Assembly (NCBI GenBank): GCA_947497755.1
Contig: CANMHT010000004.1
Span: 209,589 to 273,588, forward strand
Length of the DNA: 64,000 nucleotides
Origin: an uncultured Polaribacter sp.
GTDB lineage: Bacteria; Bacteroidota; Bacteroidia; Flavobacteriales; Flavobacteriaceae
Reading direction: 5' to 3'
Both the position numbers and the translations under genes were made by a program. The first letter of the stretch is position 1, and the number at the start of each line of letters is the position of its first letter. Under the pieces are notes generated by a model, which made no database searches, was not told the origin of the DNA, and worked only from the letters and a program-made list of their open reading frames with translations. Of this stretch, positions 1 to 9,648 are shown one piece after another.

Positions 1-1044
1 TACTAAACCTTGTAAGACAATCTCAAATGTATATTGAAATAATAGTTGTTTTTTAGAAAGTCCCAAGGTTTTCTTTACTCCAACTTCTTTAGCTCTTTGG
101 CTAGCAGAAGCTACTGATAAATTGATAAAGTTTACACAAGAAATAACAATTAGTAAAATTGAAAGCCCGAGTAATACCATTAACAGTTGATAGTTACCTG
201 TTCCGCTTGGCCCAGCTCTTTTTGCTGAATTGTGTAAATAAATAGTATCTAATTTATCTAAAGTTACTGTTGGTATTCCATATCGTTCATTCAGTTCTTC
301 TATGCTAATTCCTTGTTGTTTAGCATAAACAGCATAGGCTTTATCAATGATAATCTGGTCCATTTTTTTCTTTACTTCATCCAGATTGGCTCCTTTTGCT
401 ATCTTACAAAAAAGCTCGTTATTATGATTTCCCCAATGTACTTCAAAAGGTTCTTCATATTGCATCAATAACTCAGGCTCATAATGCGAGTTTTTGGCTA
501 CTTTATATACACAAGCAACAATATAACTTTTGTTATCAATTCGAACTGATTTTCCTACCGCTTTTCTTCCTTTAAACACACGTTCTGCATAGGCTTCAGA
601 CAATGCTATACTTAACCTTGTCTTAGCAAACTCTTGAGTAGTTCCATCAACAATATCAAAAGGGAAAAAATCGAAAAACTTTGGCTCTGTATAGATGACT
701 TTACTTGAGAACTCATAATTTTTATCATATTGTAATACTCTACTTCTATAAAAAGGCTTTATCATCACAGCCTCACTAACTTCTGGTATTTCCTTCGGAT
801 ATGTTAAATACATTCCTGGATTAACAGTATACCAAACTTCTCCCGATTTAGCATGTTTAATATTTACTCTATAGGTATCTTCTTTATTCGGGTTCCATTG
901 GTTGTAGCTTTGCTCTTCTTTTAAATAAAGAAGTACAATTAATAAACCAGCCAAACCTAAGGTTAAACCACTAATATTTATAAAAGTGTTTAACCAGTTT
1001 TTTTGCTGATTTCTAAAAAATATTTTAAACCAAATTTTTAACAT
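1..1044 (-). CDS. ABC transporter permease (MacB/FtsX-like), runs off the window start
   Basis: Manual translation from ATG at 1044: MLKIWFKIFFRNQQKNWLNTFINISGLTLG... and ...CVNFINLSVASASQRAKEVGVKKTLG, a typical FtsX-permease motif; follows the ABC ATPase; absent from the ORF track because it is open at the edge. Confidence 0.9.
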   Translation of the reverse strand, partial: MLKIWFKIFFRNQQKNWLNTFINISGLTLGLAGLLIVLLYLKEEQSYNQWNPNKEDTYRVNIKHAKSGEVWYTVNPGMYLTYPKEIPEVSEAVMIKPFYRSRVLQYDKNYEFSSKVIYTEPKFFDFFPFDIVDGTTQEFAKTRLSIALSEAYAERVFKGRKAVGKSVRIDNKSYIVACVYKVAKNSHYEPELLMQYEEPFEVHWGNHNNELFCKIAKGANLDEVKKKMDQIIIDKAYAVYAKQQGISIEELNERYGIPTVTLDKLDTIYLHNSAKRAGPSGTGNYQLLMVLLGLSILLIVISCVNFINLSVASASQRAKEVGVKKTLGLSKKQLLFQYTFEIVLQGLV

Positions 1045-1063
1045 CTATCTTAGTTTTAAGCAA

Positions 1064-1765
1064 TTATTTAACTAAAACATCTACTTTATGGTCATTCACT
1101 TTTTCTGAGATAATTTCACCGTCTTTTAATGTGATAATTCTAGATGAAAATTGGGCATCATAAGAAGAGTGAGTAACCATAATAATTGTAGCTCCTGTTG
1201 CATGCAATTCTGTTAGTAATTCCATTACATCATTTCCACTTTTACTATCTAAATTTCCTGTTGGCTCATCGGCTAATATCAACTTTGGATTGGTTACTAA
1301 AGCTCTAGCAACAGCAACTCTCTGTTGTTGTCCTCCAGAAAGTTGTAACGGAAAGTGTTTAGCTCTGTGTGCAATTCCGATTCTCTCTAAGATATCTTTT
1401 ACACGTTGCTTTCTTTCTGATGCTTTTACATTGTTATAAATTAATGGTAACTCTACATTTTCAAATACAGTAAGTTCATCAATTAGATTAAAATTTTGAA
1501 ATACAAAACCTATATTTTCTTTACGCAGCCCTGCTCTTTCTTTTTCATTAAATCCAGCTACTTCTGTACCATCAAATAAATAACTTCCTTCATCTGGAGC
1601 GTCTAATAAACCTATTATATTTAATAAGGTAGATTTTCCACAACCAGAAGCTCCCATAATTGAAACAAACTCTCCTTTTGTTACCTCTAAACTTAATTTG
1701 TTTAGTGCCGTTGTTTCTACTTCTTCTGTTCTATAAACTTTTACTAATTCTTTAATTGTTATCAT
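1064..1765 (-). CDS. ABC transporter ATP-binding protein (MacB/LolD type)
   Basis: Walker [17 protein letters not shown] signature, [10 protein letters not shown] Walker B/D-loop. Confidence 0.95.
   Translation of the reverse strand: MITIKELVKVYRTEEVETTALNKLSLEVTKGEFVSIMGASGCGKSTLLNIIGLLDAPDEGSYLFDGTEVAGFNEKERAGLRKENIGFVFQNFNLIDELTVFENVELPLIYNNVKASERKQRVKDILERIGIAHRAKHFPLQLSGGQQQRVAVARALVTNPKLILADEPTGNLDSKSGNDVMELLTELHATGATIIMVTHSSYDAQFSSRIITLKDGEIISEKVNDHKVDVLVK
1717..1765. repeat. 49-bp exact direct repeat, copy 1 (5' end of the ABC ATPase gene)
   Basis: ctacttcttctgttctataaacttttactaattctttaattgttatcat is identical to 2922..2970. Confidence 0.95.
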
Positions 1766-2856
1766 TTTATAAGTTTTTTTATAATTTTTAAAGCATAATT
1801 TGTTAATTCTCCATTACTATTATTATTAGCTAAAATTGCTACTCCTACTTTTTTCTGTGGAGCAATTATAACTATACTAGAACTTCCATATGTACCCCCA
1901 TTATGAAAATATACAATTTCATTCTCTATAGAATAAATTCCCCAAGCTAAACCTACTTTTTGTCCCTTTTCTTTTAATTGATTAGATAAAACTGTTTTAA
2001 CAACATTTTTTATACTATTTGGTGGTTGAATATGTAGTTTCAAAAATTTTAATAAATCAGACATTGTTGTTTTAATGCTACCTGAAGGACTTAATTTTTC
2101 TAACTGAATTAGAGGCATTACTTTCAGTTTTCTATGAGGTATTGCAATGTTAGTTAAGTCTTTTTCACTTAAACTTAAAAATGTTGATTTAAGATTTTGA
2201 TTTTGGTTAATATATTTTTTGAATAAATCTTTAAACGTTGTTTTTTGAGATGAAGCTAGTACAAGTCCTAAAACACCAATTCCAAAATTTGAGTATCTGA
2301 TTTTTCCATAATTATTCAATGTATCTGTGTCTTTTAAGACTGACATCATAAAATCTTCTGTAAATACCCCATAAGGATTGTTTTCATCAAAACCATCTAA
2401 CTTTATTAAACTCTTCGTGTTATCAAAACTAGGAAGGCCAGATGTATGAGTAGCTAAATCTATTAATTTAATCCGTGAAGCCCATTTTTTACCTTTCGTT
2501 ATACTTTCAGGTAAGTATTTTGATAATAAATCACAACGATTTATCTTTTTTTCTTTTTCAAGAACAGCAAAAATAAATGCTGTATAAAGCTTTGTTACTG
2601 AACCTATTTCAAAAAGAGTTGCACTATCAATATCTTTTATTTGATTTGTGTATTTACCTCCATAATAAAATTCGTTTGTCTCTCCATTTTTAATTATTCC
2701 AATACTTAACCCAGAGTTGGTTGACTCTATAAAATGTATTTTAGCAATACTATCTATTTTAATTTTTAAATTCTGAGAAAAACTTATCTGAATGCATAAA
2801 AACAGTAATAGTACTTGCCCTTTTATTATTTTATCAATTTTTAATCTATTTATCAT
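1762..2856 (-). CDS. Serine hydrolase, beta-lactamase class C/PBP-like family
   Basis: SxxK (SVTK), YSN and HNGG motifs; N-terminal signal-like segment. Confidence 0.9.
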   Translation of the reverse strand: MINRLKIDKIIKGQVLLLFLCIQISFSQNLKIKIDSIAKIHFIESTNSGLSIGIIKNGETNEFYYGGKYTNQIKDIDSATLFEIGSVTKLYTAFIFAVLEKEKKINRCDLLSKYLPESITKGKKWASRIKLIDLATHTSGLPSFDNTKSLIKLDGFDENNPYGVFTEDFMMSVLKDTDTLNNYGKIRYSNFGIGVLGLVLASSQKTTFKDLFKKYINQNQNLKSTFLSLSEKDLTNIAIPHRKLKVMPLIQLEKLSPSGSIKTTMSDLLKFLKLHIQPPNSIKNVVKTVLSNQLKEKGQKVGLAWGIYSIENEIVYFHNGGTYGSSSIVIIAPQKKVGVAILANNNSNGELTNYALKIIKKLIK

Positions 2857-2898
2857 TTTTTTCTTAAATATCTATTTAATACTTACCTTTTTTACAAC

Positions 2899-2970
2899 TC
2901 ATCCATTTTCTACAAAAATTCCTACTTCTTCTGTTCTATAAACTTTTACTAATTCTTTAATTGTTATCAT
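2899..2970 (-). pseudogene. Truncated duplicate of the ABC ATPase N-terminus ([23 protein letters not shown])
   Basis: First 16 codons identical to 1064..1765, then diverges and stops after 23 aa. Confidence 0.85.
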
Positions 2971-2988
2971 TGTTGTATGTCTTTTATA

Positions 2989-4386
2989 CTAGCTTAACAT
3001 GGCTGTATAAAGTTCATGTATTGTAATGGATGGATTCTGCTTATACAAGCTTAACATTTTTCTATTAAACTCTTTAAACTTATAAAAACCTCTATAGTTT
3101 GCCATTAGTTCTTCCATTTTCGGCAAAAACTTAGCGACTTCTTTTGCAGGATAATTATCCGATATGTACAGAGAATACAAAGCAAATGTCATGTATTCGT
3201 TAAAAATCATATACGGACTATTGTAATTGCTACTCGCCTCACCCTTTTGCCAATCTTTAAGTGTTGCAAATCGAGCATCTATCTTGTCTAAAAACTTATC
3301 AGAAACTGGATTTACATAATTGTGATCTATTTCTGTAAACAAGACTCTACTGGCTTCTAATATATTCTGAATAGTAGAAATTTTTTCATTCTTTTCTGCT
3401 TTGGCTACAAACATTATCGTTTGTTTAAATCCGTTATCTTCAAATCTTTGTGCAGCATGTGACCCAAATACTAATGGAGAAAAATAAACGGTAAAATTAT
3501 CATAACTAAAATCGAATTTACTTTCCAACCATTCTCTCATGGTATGAATTGGATTTAACTCTGAATAAGTTTTAATTAGTGAATTGTAATACGGTTGCTC
3601 TTTTTTGTAAAAAGCTCTAAAATTAGACACTCTGGCAAAATCTGCCATTAGCAAGCTATCTTTCATCGCATTAAAATCACTCCATCCATAAGCCATATCT
3701 CTAATATTTCCATTGTTTTTTACTGTACCATTATTATCAAAATTAAAAGCACAAGCATTCATCTTCAATCGATAATAATAACGATAGCTTTCATTAGAAA
3801 AAATAGAATCGTTAATGCTTTCTATATAACGCAAGCCACTAATGTATTTCTGAATGGTATCTATCATCGGATGGTTTTTATATGGCTTAAAATACTCTTG
3901 AATTCGTTGAAAATACTCCGTAGAAGAATCTATCATGTTTCTATCTTTCTTAGCATCTTTATGTAAAGCAACAAGTACATTAACCAACTCACTAACTTCT
4001 GGTATCTCTACAGTAGTTTTTCCTTTGTGCTTTTGTATATATGCTTTGGTAAAATTTAATATGGGTTTTATTCCTTTAATTCTTGTCCTAGCTTTTTGCT
4101 GATTTGCTTTTACAATATCAAAATCTACTTCTTCACCTCTTTTTATAAAAAAACGAATGTTCTTTTCTCCTTCAGAAAACTCTACTTCAGTAATTTCTTT
4201 TTTACACTCTACTTCTATTAAATCTAAAGGAACTTCTGGATCTACATACCATTTTTCAGAAATCAATTTTCCATTTTCTTTGATAGTAACATAATCTCCA
4301 GTGATAAAGAATTCCTTTTTTTCTTGCTTTGCACAGCTTACAAAAGCAATGATTAGTACCAAAAATAATTGACTATAAGTTTTCAT
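2989..4386 (-). CDS. Lipoprotein with DUF4932-like domain
   Basis: Lipobox-like FVSC; EIPEVSELVN, FTEIDHNYVNP and FNEYMTFA motifs shared with 16339..17760. Confidence 0.7.
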   Translation of the reverse strand: MKTYSQLFLVLIIAFVSCAKQEKKEFFITGDYVTIKENGKLISEKWYVDPEVPLDLIEVECKKEITEVEFSEGEKNIRFFIKRGEEVDFDIVKANQQKARTRIKGIKPILNFTKAYIQKHKGKTTVEIPEVSELVNVLVALHKDAKKDRNMIDSSTEYFQRIQEYFKPYKNHPMIDTIQKYISGLRYIESINDSIFSNESYRYYYRLKMNACAFNFDNNGTVKNNGNIRDMAYGWSDFNAMKDSLLMADFARVSNFRAFYKKEQPYYNSLIKTYSELNPIHTMREWLESKFDFSYDNFTVYFSPLVFGSHAAQRFEDNGFKQTIMFVAKAEKNEKISTIQNILEASRVLFTEIDHNYVNPVSDKFLDKIDARFATLKDWQKGEASSNYNSPYMIFNEYMTFALYSLYISDNYPAKEVAKFLPKMEELMANYRGFYKFKEFNRKMLSLYKQNPSITIHELYTAMLS

Positions 4387-4396
4387 TTACTCTTAT

Positions 4397-5647
4397 TTAA
4401 TCATTAATATTTACTTCTTCTACAGTGTCAAAATCGTCATAACTAGAGGTAATTACTCGATCTCCAATTTGTAAACCATCCAATACTTCGTAATAAAATG
4501 GGTTTTCTCTTCCAATTTTAATATTTCTCTTTACCGCTTTGTTATCAGATGACAAAACAAAAGCCCATTTACCACTTGTGCTTTGGTAAAACATTCCCTT
4601 CGGAATCATAATCGCTTCTCTATCTCCAGACAAATAAATTTTACTATTTAAAGACATTCCTCTTCTTATTTCAGAAGGAACTGTTCCTTTATCAAATTTT
4701 AACTCTATTAAAAACTGTCCATTTTCAATTTCTGGATGAATCTTTGTTAGTTTTATAGGCATTTTTTTATCTCCAACAGCTACAGAACCAGACAAACCTT
4801 CTCTTAATTTAGAACCATAAAACTCATCAACTTTAGCTACCAATTTATAACCATCTAGTACATCAATTTTACCAATCGGTTCTCCTTGGTTGTAGTTTTT
4901 ACCTAATACAGGATTAAATGAAGATAGCATTCCATCTGTTGGTGCTTTTACGGTAAAATTTTCTTTGTTTTTACGTAGTAGTTCTAAACTTTTTTCCATG
5001 TTTGTTAAAGAAGAATTAATTCTAGATAATTGTACATCTCTACTTTTCTTTTCTTCAAAAACACTTTTCTTAATTACATTACTTCTTTTCTTTTGAAAAG
5101 TATATTCTTGAGCTGTTTTTTGATAATCATTTCTAGCAATTACATCTCTAGTATACATGGTAGAATCTAACTTAAATTGCCTTTTAGCATTTTTAAAATC
5201 GTTGTTGATACTTAACAATTGTTGATCTAATACCAACTGCTGATTTTTAATACTCACTCTTAAGCTTCTTAAATTATTTATCTGTTCAATCATTGCAGTT
5301 TCTTGTGTTAAATAATTTAATTCTGCATTAGGATTGTATACTTTTAATAATGGTGTTCCTTTCTTTACAATTTGTCCGCTTTCTACAAAAATTTCTGCTA
5401 AAGAACCTCCTTGAATCACATTAATTAAGATAGAAGTTTTTGGCTCTACAAAACTGTTTACCAATAAAACATCTTCAAAATTCCCTTTCACAACTTTTTG
5501 AATTTTTAAATCGGTTTTTGAAATATTAATTTGCTTCTTTCTTGTAAAGTTTGATAGAATAAAGCCTAAAACAATAATAGCTGGAATTGCCCATGTCAAT
5601 AACTTTTTAGTCTTTGTAGTACTTTTTCTTTTTATTTGTTTGTCCAT
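4397..5647 (-). CDS. Efflux periplasmic adaptor subunit (HlyD/MFP family)
   Basis: TM anchor, coiled-coil hairpin, VKAPTDG, C-terminal VKRNIKIGREN...VLDGL; likely start MDKQIKRK at 5647 (the ORF track starts at 5695, inside the promoter). Confidence 0.9.
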   Translation of the reverse strand: MDKQIKRKSTTKTKKLLTWAIPAIIVLGFILSNFTRKKQINISKTDLKIQKVVKGNFEDVLLVNSFVEPKTSILINVIQGGSLAEIFVESGQIVKKGTPLLKVYNPNAELNYLTQETAMIEQINNLRSLRVSIKNQQLVLDQQLLSINNDFKNAKRQFKLDSTMYTRDVIARNDYQKTAQEYTFQKKRSNVIKKSVFEEKKSRDVQLSRINSSLTNMEKSLELLRKNKENFTVKAPTDGMLSSFNPVLGKNYNQGEPIGKIDVLDGYKLVAKVDEFYGSKLREGLSGSVAVGDKKMPIKLTKIHPEIENGQFLIELKFDKGTVPSEIRRGMSLNSKIYLSGDREAIMIPKGMFYQSTSGKWAFVLSSDNKAVKRNIKIGRENPFYYEVLDGLQIGDRVITSSYDDFDTVEEVNIND

Positions 5648-5675
5648 TACTAATGATTTCGTTTGGCATAGTAAA

Positions 5676-5691
5676 TACCACAAATATGCCA
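5676..5691 (-). promoter_or_regulatory. Possible sigma-54 (-24/-12) promoter for the efflux operon
   Basis: Minus strand TGGCATATTTGTGGTA: good -24 TGGCA, imperfect -12; divergent from a sigma-54 activator gene. Confidence 0.4.
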
Positions 5692-5755
5692 TCAAAAAAC
5701 TATTCTATAAACAACTGACACACTGACACTTAGCATTAAAACAGTAATTTTTAAC

Positions 5756-5793
5756 TGTTCGTTTTTGAACATATTTTTGTTCATATTCAAACA
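5756..5793. promoter_or_regulatory. Tandem palindromic enhancer-like sites (TGTTC-N6-GAACA; TGTTC-N6-AAACA)
   Basis: Two dyads 22 bp apart, between the divergent efflux operon and the NtrC-type regulator. Confidence 0.55.
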
Positions 5794-5811
5794 AAATGGT
5801 AATTATGTAGC

Positions 5812-7182
5812 ATGAGAAAAAAAGAAGCCACCATATTAATTGTTGATGACGACGATGATATTTTATTTTCTGCCAGAATAAGTTTAAAGAAGTACTTTAC
5901 AACGATCATCACAGAGAACAATCCTAAAAAAATACACAATCACTTGACAAAAAATACGATTGATGTTGCTTTGTTAGACATGAATTATAGAATTGGTTTT
6001 GAAGATGGTAAAGAAGGATTGTATTGGCTTAAACAAATTAAAGAGATCAACCCAGAAACTACAGTGATATTAATGACTGCTTTTGGAAGTGTTAATTTAG
6101 CTGTTGAAGCCATTAAACAAGGTGCAACTGACTTTATTTTAAAACCTTGGAATACCGAAAAGCTTTATGGTGTAGTGAATGCGGGAATAGAATTGGCAAG
6201 ATCTAAACGAAAAAACACGCAGTTAGCTACTATACAAAAACAACAAGACAAAGATTTTCATCAACAAACAGAACATATTATAGGAAACTCTTTAAGTATG
6301 CAATCTGCAATAAAGTTGGTCCACAAAGTTGCTCCAACAGATGCTAACGTACTTATTTTAGGAGAAAATGGAACCGGAAAATATGTATTTGCAAAAGAAA
6401 TTCACTTACAATCCAAACGAAAAAACAATCCGTTTATCCATGTTGATTTAGGTTCTTTGAATGAAAATCTTTTTGAAAGTGAGCTTTTTGGATATGTAAA
6501 AGGAGCTTTTACGGATGCTCAAAAAGACACTTTAGGTAGGTTTGAATTGGCAAAAGGAGGTACTATCTTTTTAGATGAGATTGGTAACTTACCTTTGCAT
6601 TTACAATCTAAACTGTTAACTGTAATTCAAAATCGTAAAATTACCAGATTAGGAGAAGGTAAAGAACGAGAAATTGATGCTCGTATCATTTGTGCTACCA
6701 ATGCTCCTATTCATAAAATGGTAGAAGAACAAAACTTTAGGCAAGATTTACTTTTTAGAATTAATACGATTGAGCTAACTTTACCTCCATTAAGAGAGCG
6801 AAAGGAAGATATTTCATTATTAGCAAATCACTTTTTAAAGAAGCTATCACAGAAGTACAGAAAAAGGGCATTGGAATTTACTGCGGATGCACTTTCTGCC
6901 ATGAAAGATTATCATTGGCCAGGTAATATTAGAGAAATTGAACATCTAGTAGAACGTGCTGTTATTATATCTGACAATGAAAAAATAGAAACTTCTGATT
7001 TGCATTTTTCTACTAAAAAAGCAGCTGTAGATAGTGTTGCTAATTTAAATATTGAAGAAACAGAGAAAACCCTTATTCAACAAGCCATGCAAAAACATCA
7101 AGGAAATATTTCTAGAGCGGCTAAAGATTTAGGGTTAACAAGAGCTGCTTTGTATAGAAGATTAGAAAAGCATCAATTATAA
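5812..7182 (+). CDS. Sigma-54-dependent response regulator (NtrC family)
   Basis: REC domain (LLDMN), GENGTGK, ESELFGYVKGAFTDA (GAFTGA-like), HWPGNIRE, Fis-type HTH. Confidence 0.95.
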   Translation: MRKKEATILIVDDDDDILFSARISLKKYFTTIITENNPKKIHNHLTKNTIDVALLDMNYRIGFEDGKEGLYWLKQIKEINPETTVILMTAFGSVNLAVEAIKQGATDFILKPWNTEKLYGVVNAGIELARSKRKNTQLATIQKQQDKDFHQQTEHIIGNSLSMQSAIKLVHKVAPTDANVLILGENGTGKYVFAKEIHLQSKRKNNPFIHVDLGSLNENLFESELFGYVKGAFTDAQKDTLGRFELAKGGTIFLDEIGNLPLHLQSKLLTVIQNRKITRLGEGKEREIDARIICATNAPIHKMVEEQNFRQDLLFRINTIELTLPPLRERKEDISLLANHFLKKLSQKYRKRALEFTADALSAMKDYHWPGNIREIEHLVERAVIISDNEKIETSDLHFSTKKAAVDSVANLNIEETEKTLIQQAMQKHQGNISRAAKDLGLTRAALYRRLEKHQL

Positions 7183-7183
7183 A

Positions 7184-8506
7184 ATGGGAAAACCTCAATA
7201 CATAGAAATAATTATTAGATTGCTTTTAGTAATATTAAATGGAACTATTGTTTTTTATAGCTTCACAAATGACTACTATGTAAATTCTCTCGGTTTTTTC
7301 TTATTACTTGCTTTTCAAATATACTTGTTTATCGACTTTATAAAAAGGCTATTTCACGATATTGAAAAATCGATTGATTGCTTATTATACAATGATTATT
7401 CCAATACTATTTCTAAAGAAAAAAGAAAAAATCCTTTGCACAATAAAACCGCTTTACTTTTAGAAAAACACAGAAAACAAAACCTATTAAAAACTTCTGA
7501 ACAGTTAATTTTTACAAATATTATTGAAAGTTTAAGCATTGGAATTTTAATTTTAAGAAAAGGAGTTGATAATGAAATTGCTGTATTTCAAATCAACAAA
7601 GCATTTACAGATTTTCTAAAGATTCCGAAATACCATAACTGGAACTTATTGCAAGATAAAATTGGCGGACTTACGGAGTTTGTCAATCAATGGAAAAAAA
7701 TTAGACATACCATTTCTTTAAGTGTCAATGACGAGACAGAAACTTTTTTTATCAAAACTTCTGTAACCCAAACCAACCAATTTGAATATTTGATCATTTC
7801 TTTAGAAACCATTCAGCAATTAATTGATAAAAAAGAAAAAGAAGCTTGGTACAAACTAATGAATGTAATGTCTCATGAAATTATCAACACCATTACTCCT
7901 ATTAGTAGTTTAGCAGAAAACTTAGATTCATTAATACAAGACACTACTGTAAATGAAGATACTTTTGACGAACTATCTGAAGGTTTACAAATCATTAAAA
8001 AGAGATCGCATCATTTAACCTCTTTTGTTGATACTTACAGAAAATTAGCTGAATTGCCTTTGCCAAATAAAGAAGAATTAAACTTAAATGCTATTATTAA
8101 AGCAACATTAAATTTATTTAAACAAGAGTTTTCTTCTAAGAATATTGCCATTGTTTTTCATCCAGAAAACAACATACTAATCAATGCTGATAGGCAACAG
8201 TTAGAGCAAATACTTATCAATCTTATTTCAAATTGTATATATGCTGTTGAAACAGTTAGTAATCCTACAATTTCGATAACAACTAAAGAAATAAACAATC
8301 GTGTTCATATAGAAATTATTGACAACGGAATTGGAATTTCAGAAAAAATTAAAGACAATATTTTTGTTCCTTATTTTACTACCAGAAAAAACGGATCTGG
8401 TATTGGATTAACCTTAACCAAAAGTATTGTTGAAGCACATAAAGGAATAATCAACTTTAAGTCGACTCCAGGAAATACTTCATTTGTTATCACATTTATT
8501 AATTAA
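7184..8506 (+). CDS. Sensor histidine kinase
   Basis: SHEIINTITPI H-box, NLISN, DNGIGI, FTTRKNGSGIGL. Confidence 0.95.
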   Translation: MGKPQYIEIIIRLLLVILNGTIVFYSFTNDYYVNSLGFFLLLAFQIYLFIDFIKRLFHDIEKSIDCLLYNDYSNTISKEKRKNPLHNKTALLLEKHRKQNLLKTSEQLIFTNIIESLSIGILILRKGVDNEIAVFQINKAFTDFLKIPKYHNWNLLQDKIGGLTEFVNQWKKIRHTISLSVNDETETFFIKTSVTQTNQFEYLIISLETIQQLIDKKEKEAWYKLMNVMSHEIINTITPISSLAENLDSLIQDTTVNEDTFDELSEGLQIIKKRSHHLTSFVDTYRKLAELPLPNKEELNLNAIIKATLNLFKQEFSSKNIAIVFHPENNILINADRQQLEQILINLISNCIYAVETVSNPTISITTKEINNRVHIEIIDNGIGISEKIKDNIFVPYFTTRKNGSGIGLTLTKSIVEAHKGIINFKSTPGNTSFVITFIN

Positions 8507-8508
8507 AC

Positions 8509-8536
8509 TGTAACAATCTTAAAAACTTTTGGTCTT
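8509..8536 (+). promoter_or_regulatory. ECF-sigma-type promoter TGTAAC-N16-GGTCTT
   Basis: Same hexamers and spacing as 13284..13311, upstream of the ECF sigma gene. Confidence 0.65.
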
Positions 8537-8604
8537 TAGGATAGATATAAGAATTAATGAACAATATATTTCAGAAAGTTATCTGAATAGCAAAACTTTA
8601 ATAA

Positions 8605-9378
8605 ATGAAAAAAACAACCACACTTGCCGCATTATTCATCTGTTTATTTTTAAGTTTAAACAGTACTGCTCAAAAGAGAGTTAAAGCTTCTAAAATTATG
8701 AACGATATCAAGAATGGAAAAGATATTGTTTATAAAAATGCTACCATTGTTGGAGTGTTAGATCTGACATTTATGGATGAAAAAGCAGAAAAACTACCAA
8801 AAAGAAAGAGAAGATGGTGGAATAACGGAAACTCTAATAATAAAATAGAAGAGCAAATTAAACAAGAAATTTCTTTTACCAACTGTACTTTTGAAGACAA
8901 TGTTTTTGCCTACTTTCATGATGAAGATACGCAATATACTTTTGTAGCTAATTTTGAAGATGATGTAGTTTTTAAGAACTGTACTTTTAAAGAAATGGCT
9001 TTATTTAAATATTCTCATTTTGAAGAAAAAGCAGATTTTTCTGGAGCTAATTTTAATAGAGAGAATACTTTTAAATATGCACAATTTAAAGGCGATGTAG
9101 ATTTTGCCAATACAACTTACAACCAATCTTCTACTTTTAAGTATGCATTCTTTAGAAATAATGTAAGCTTTGCGAATGCTGTTTTTAAAGAAACCGCAAC
9201 CTTCAAGTATGCGCAATTTAAAGACGGCGTTTCTTTTAATAAAACACGTTTTGAAGAAGATTTAAATATCAAATACACCAAAGTTCGTGGAGATTTTAAT
9301 ATCCAAGGAATGCATGTAGAATATAGTGTAGATGCTAAGTACACTAAAATAAACGGTAAAAGCTTTAGTTACCACTAA
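8605..9378 (+). CDS. Secreted pentapeptide-repeat protein
   Basis: Signal peptide; repeated A(D/N)F..A.F / FKYAQF pentapeptide units. Confidence 0.85.
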   Translation: MKKTTTLAALFICLFLSLNSTAQKRVKASKIMNDIKNGKDIVYKNATIVGVLDLTFMDEKAEKLPKRKRRWWNNGNSNNKIEEQIKQEISFTNCTFEDNVFAYFHDEDTQYTFVANFEDDVVFKNCTFKEMALFKYSHFEEKADFSGANFNRENTFKYAQFKGDVDFANTTYNQSSTFKYAFFRNNVSFANAVFKETATFKYAQFKDGVSFNKTRFEEDLNIKYTKVRGDFNIQGMHVEYSVDAKYTKINGKSFSYH

Positions 9379-9648
9379 ATAAAAAAACAGGTATAAATAC
9401 CTATTGTTCAAATTTCTCTTCAATAGTACCTTGCGTGCAGCTAGAATTGTAATATTGAAAAGGAAAGAGAAATTATGAACAAGTAAGATTAGGGGCTTAC
9501 TTATTCTATACAACTGGCTTTGGTTACTAAAGCCAGTTATTTTTCTCAAGTTCTTTATTAAGATAAAATCATAATTAAATGATTTAAAAAGCATTAACTT
9601 TTTAGTTAATGCTTTTTTATTATATTGTCCTACCCGAACATTACTTTT

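Noticed and set aside
9386-9402. 17-mer aacaggtataaatacct shared with 51210..51226
   Set aside because: Short, AT-rich and palindromic; each copy is explicable as a terminator-like hairpin, and there is no flanking homology
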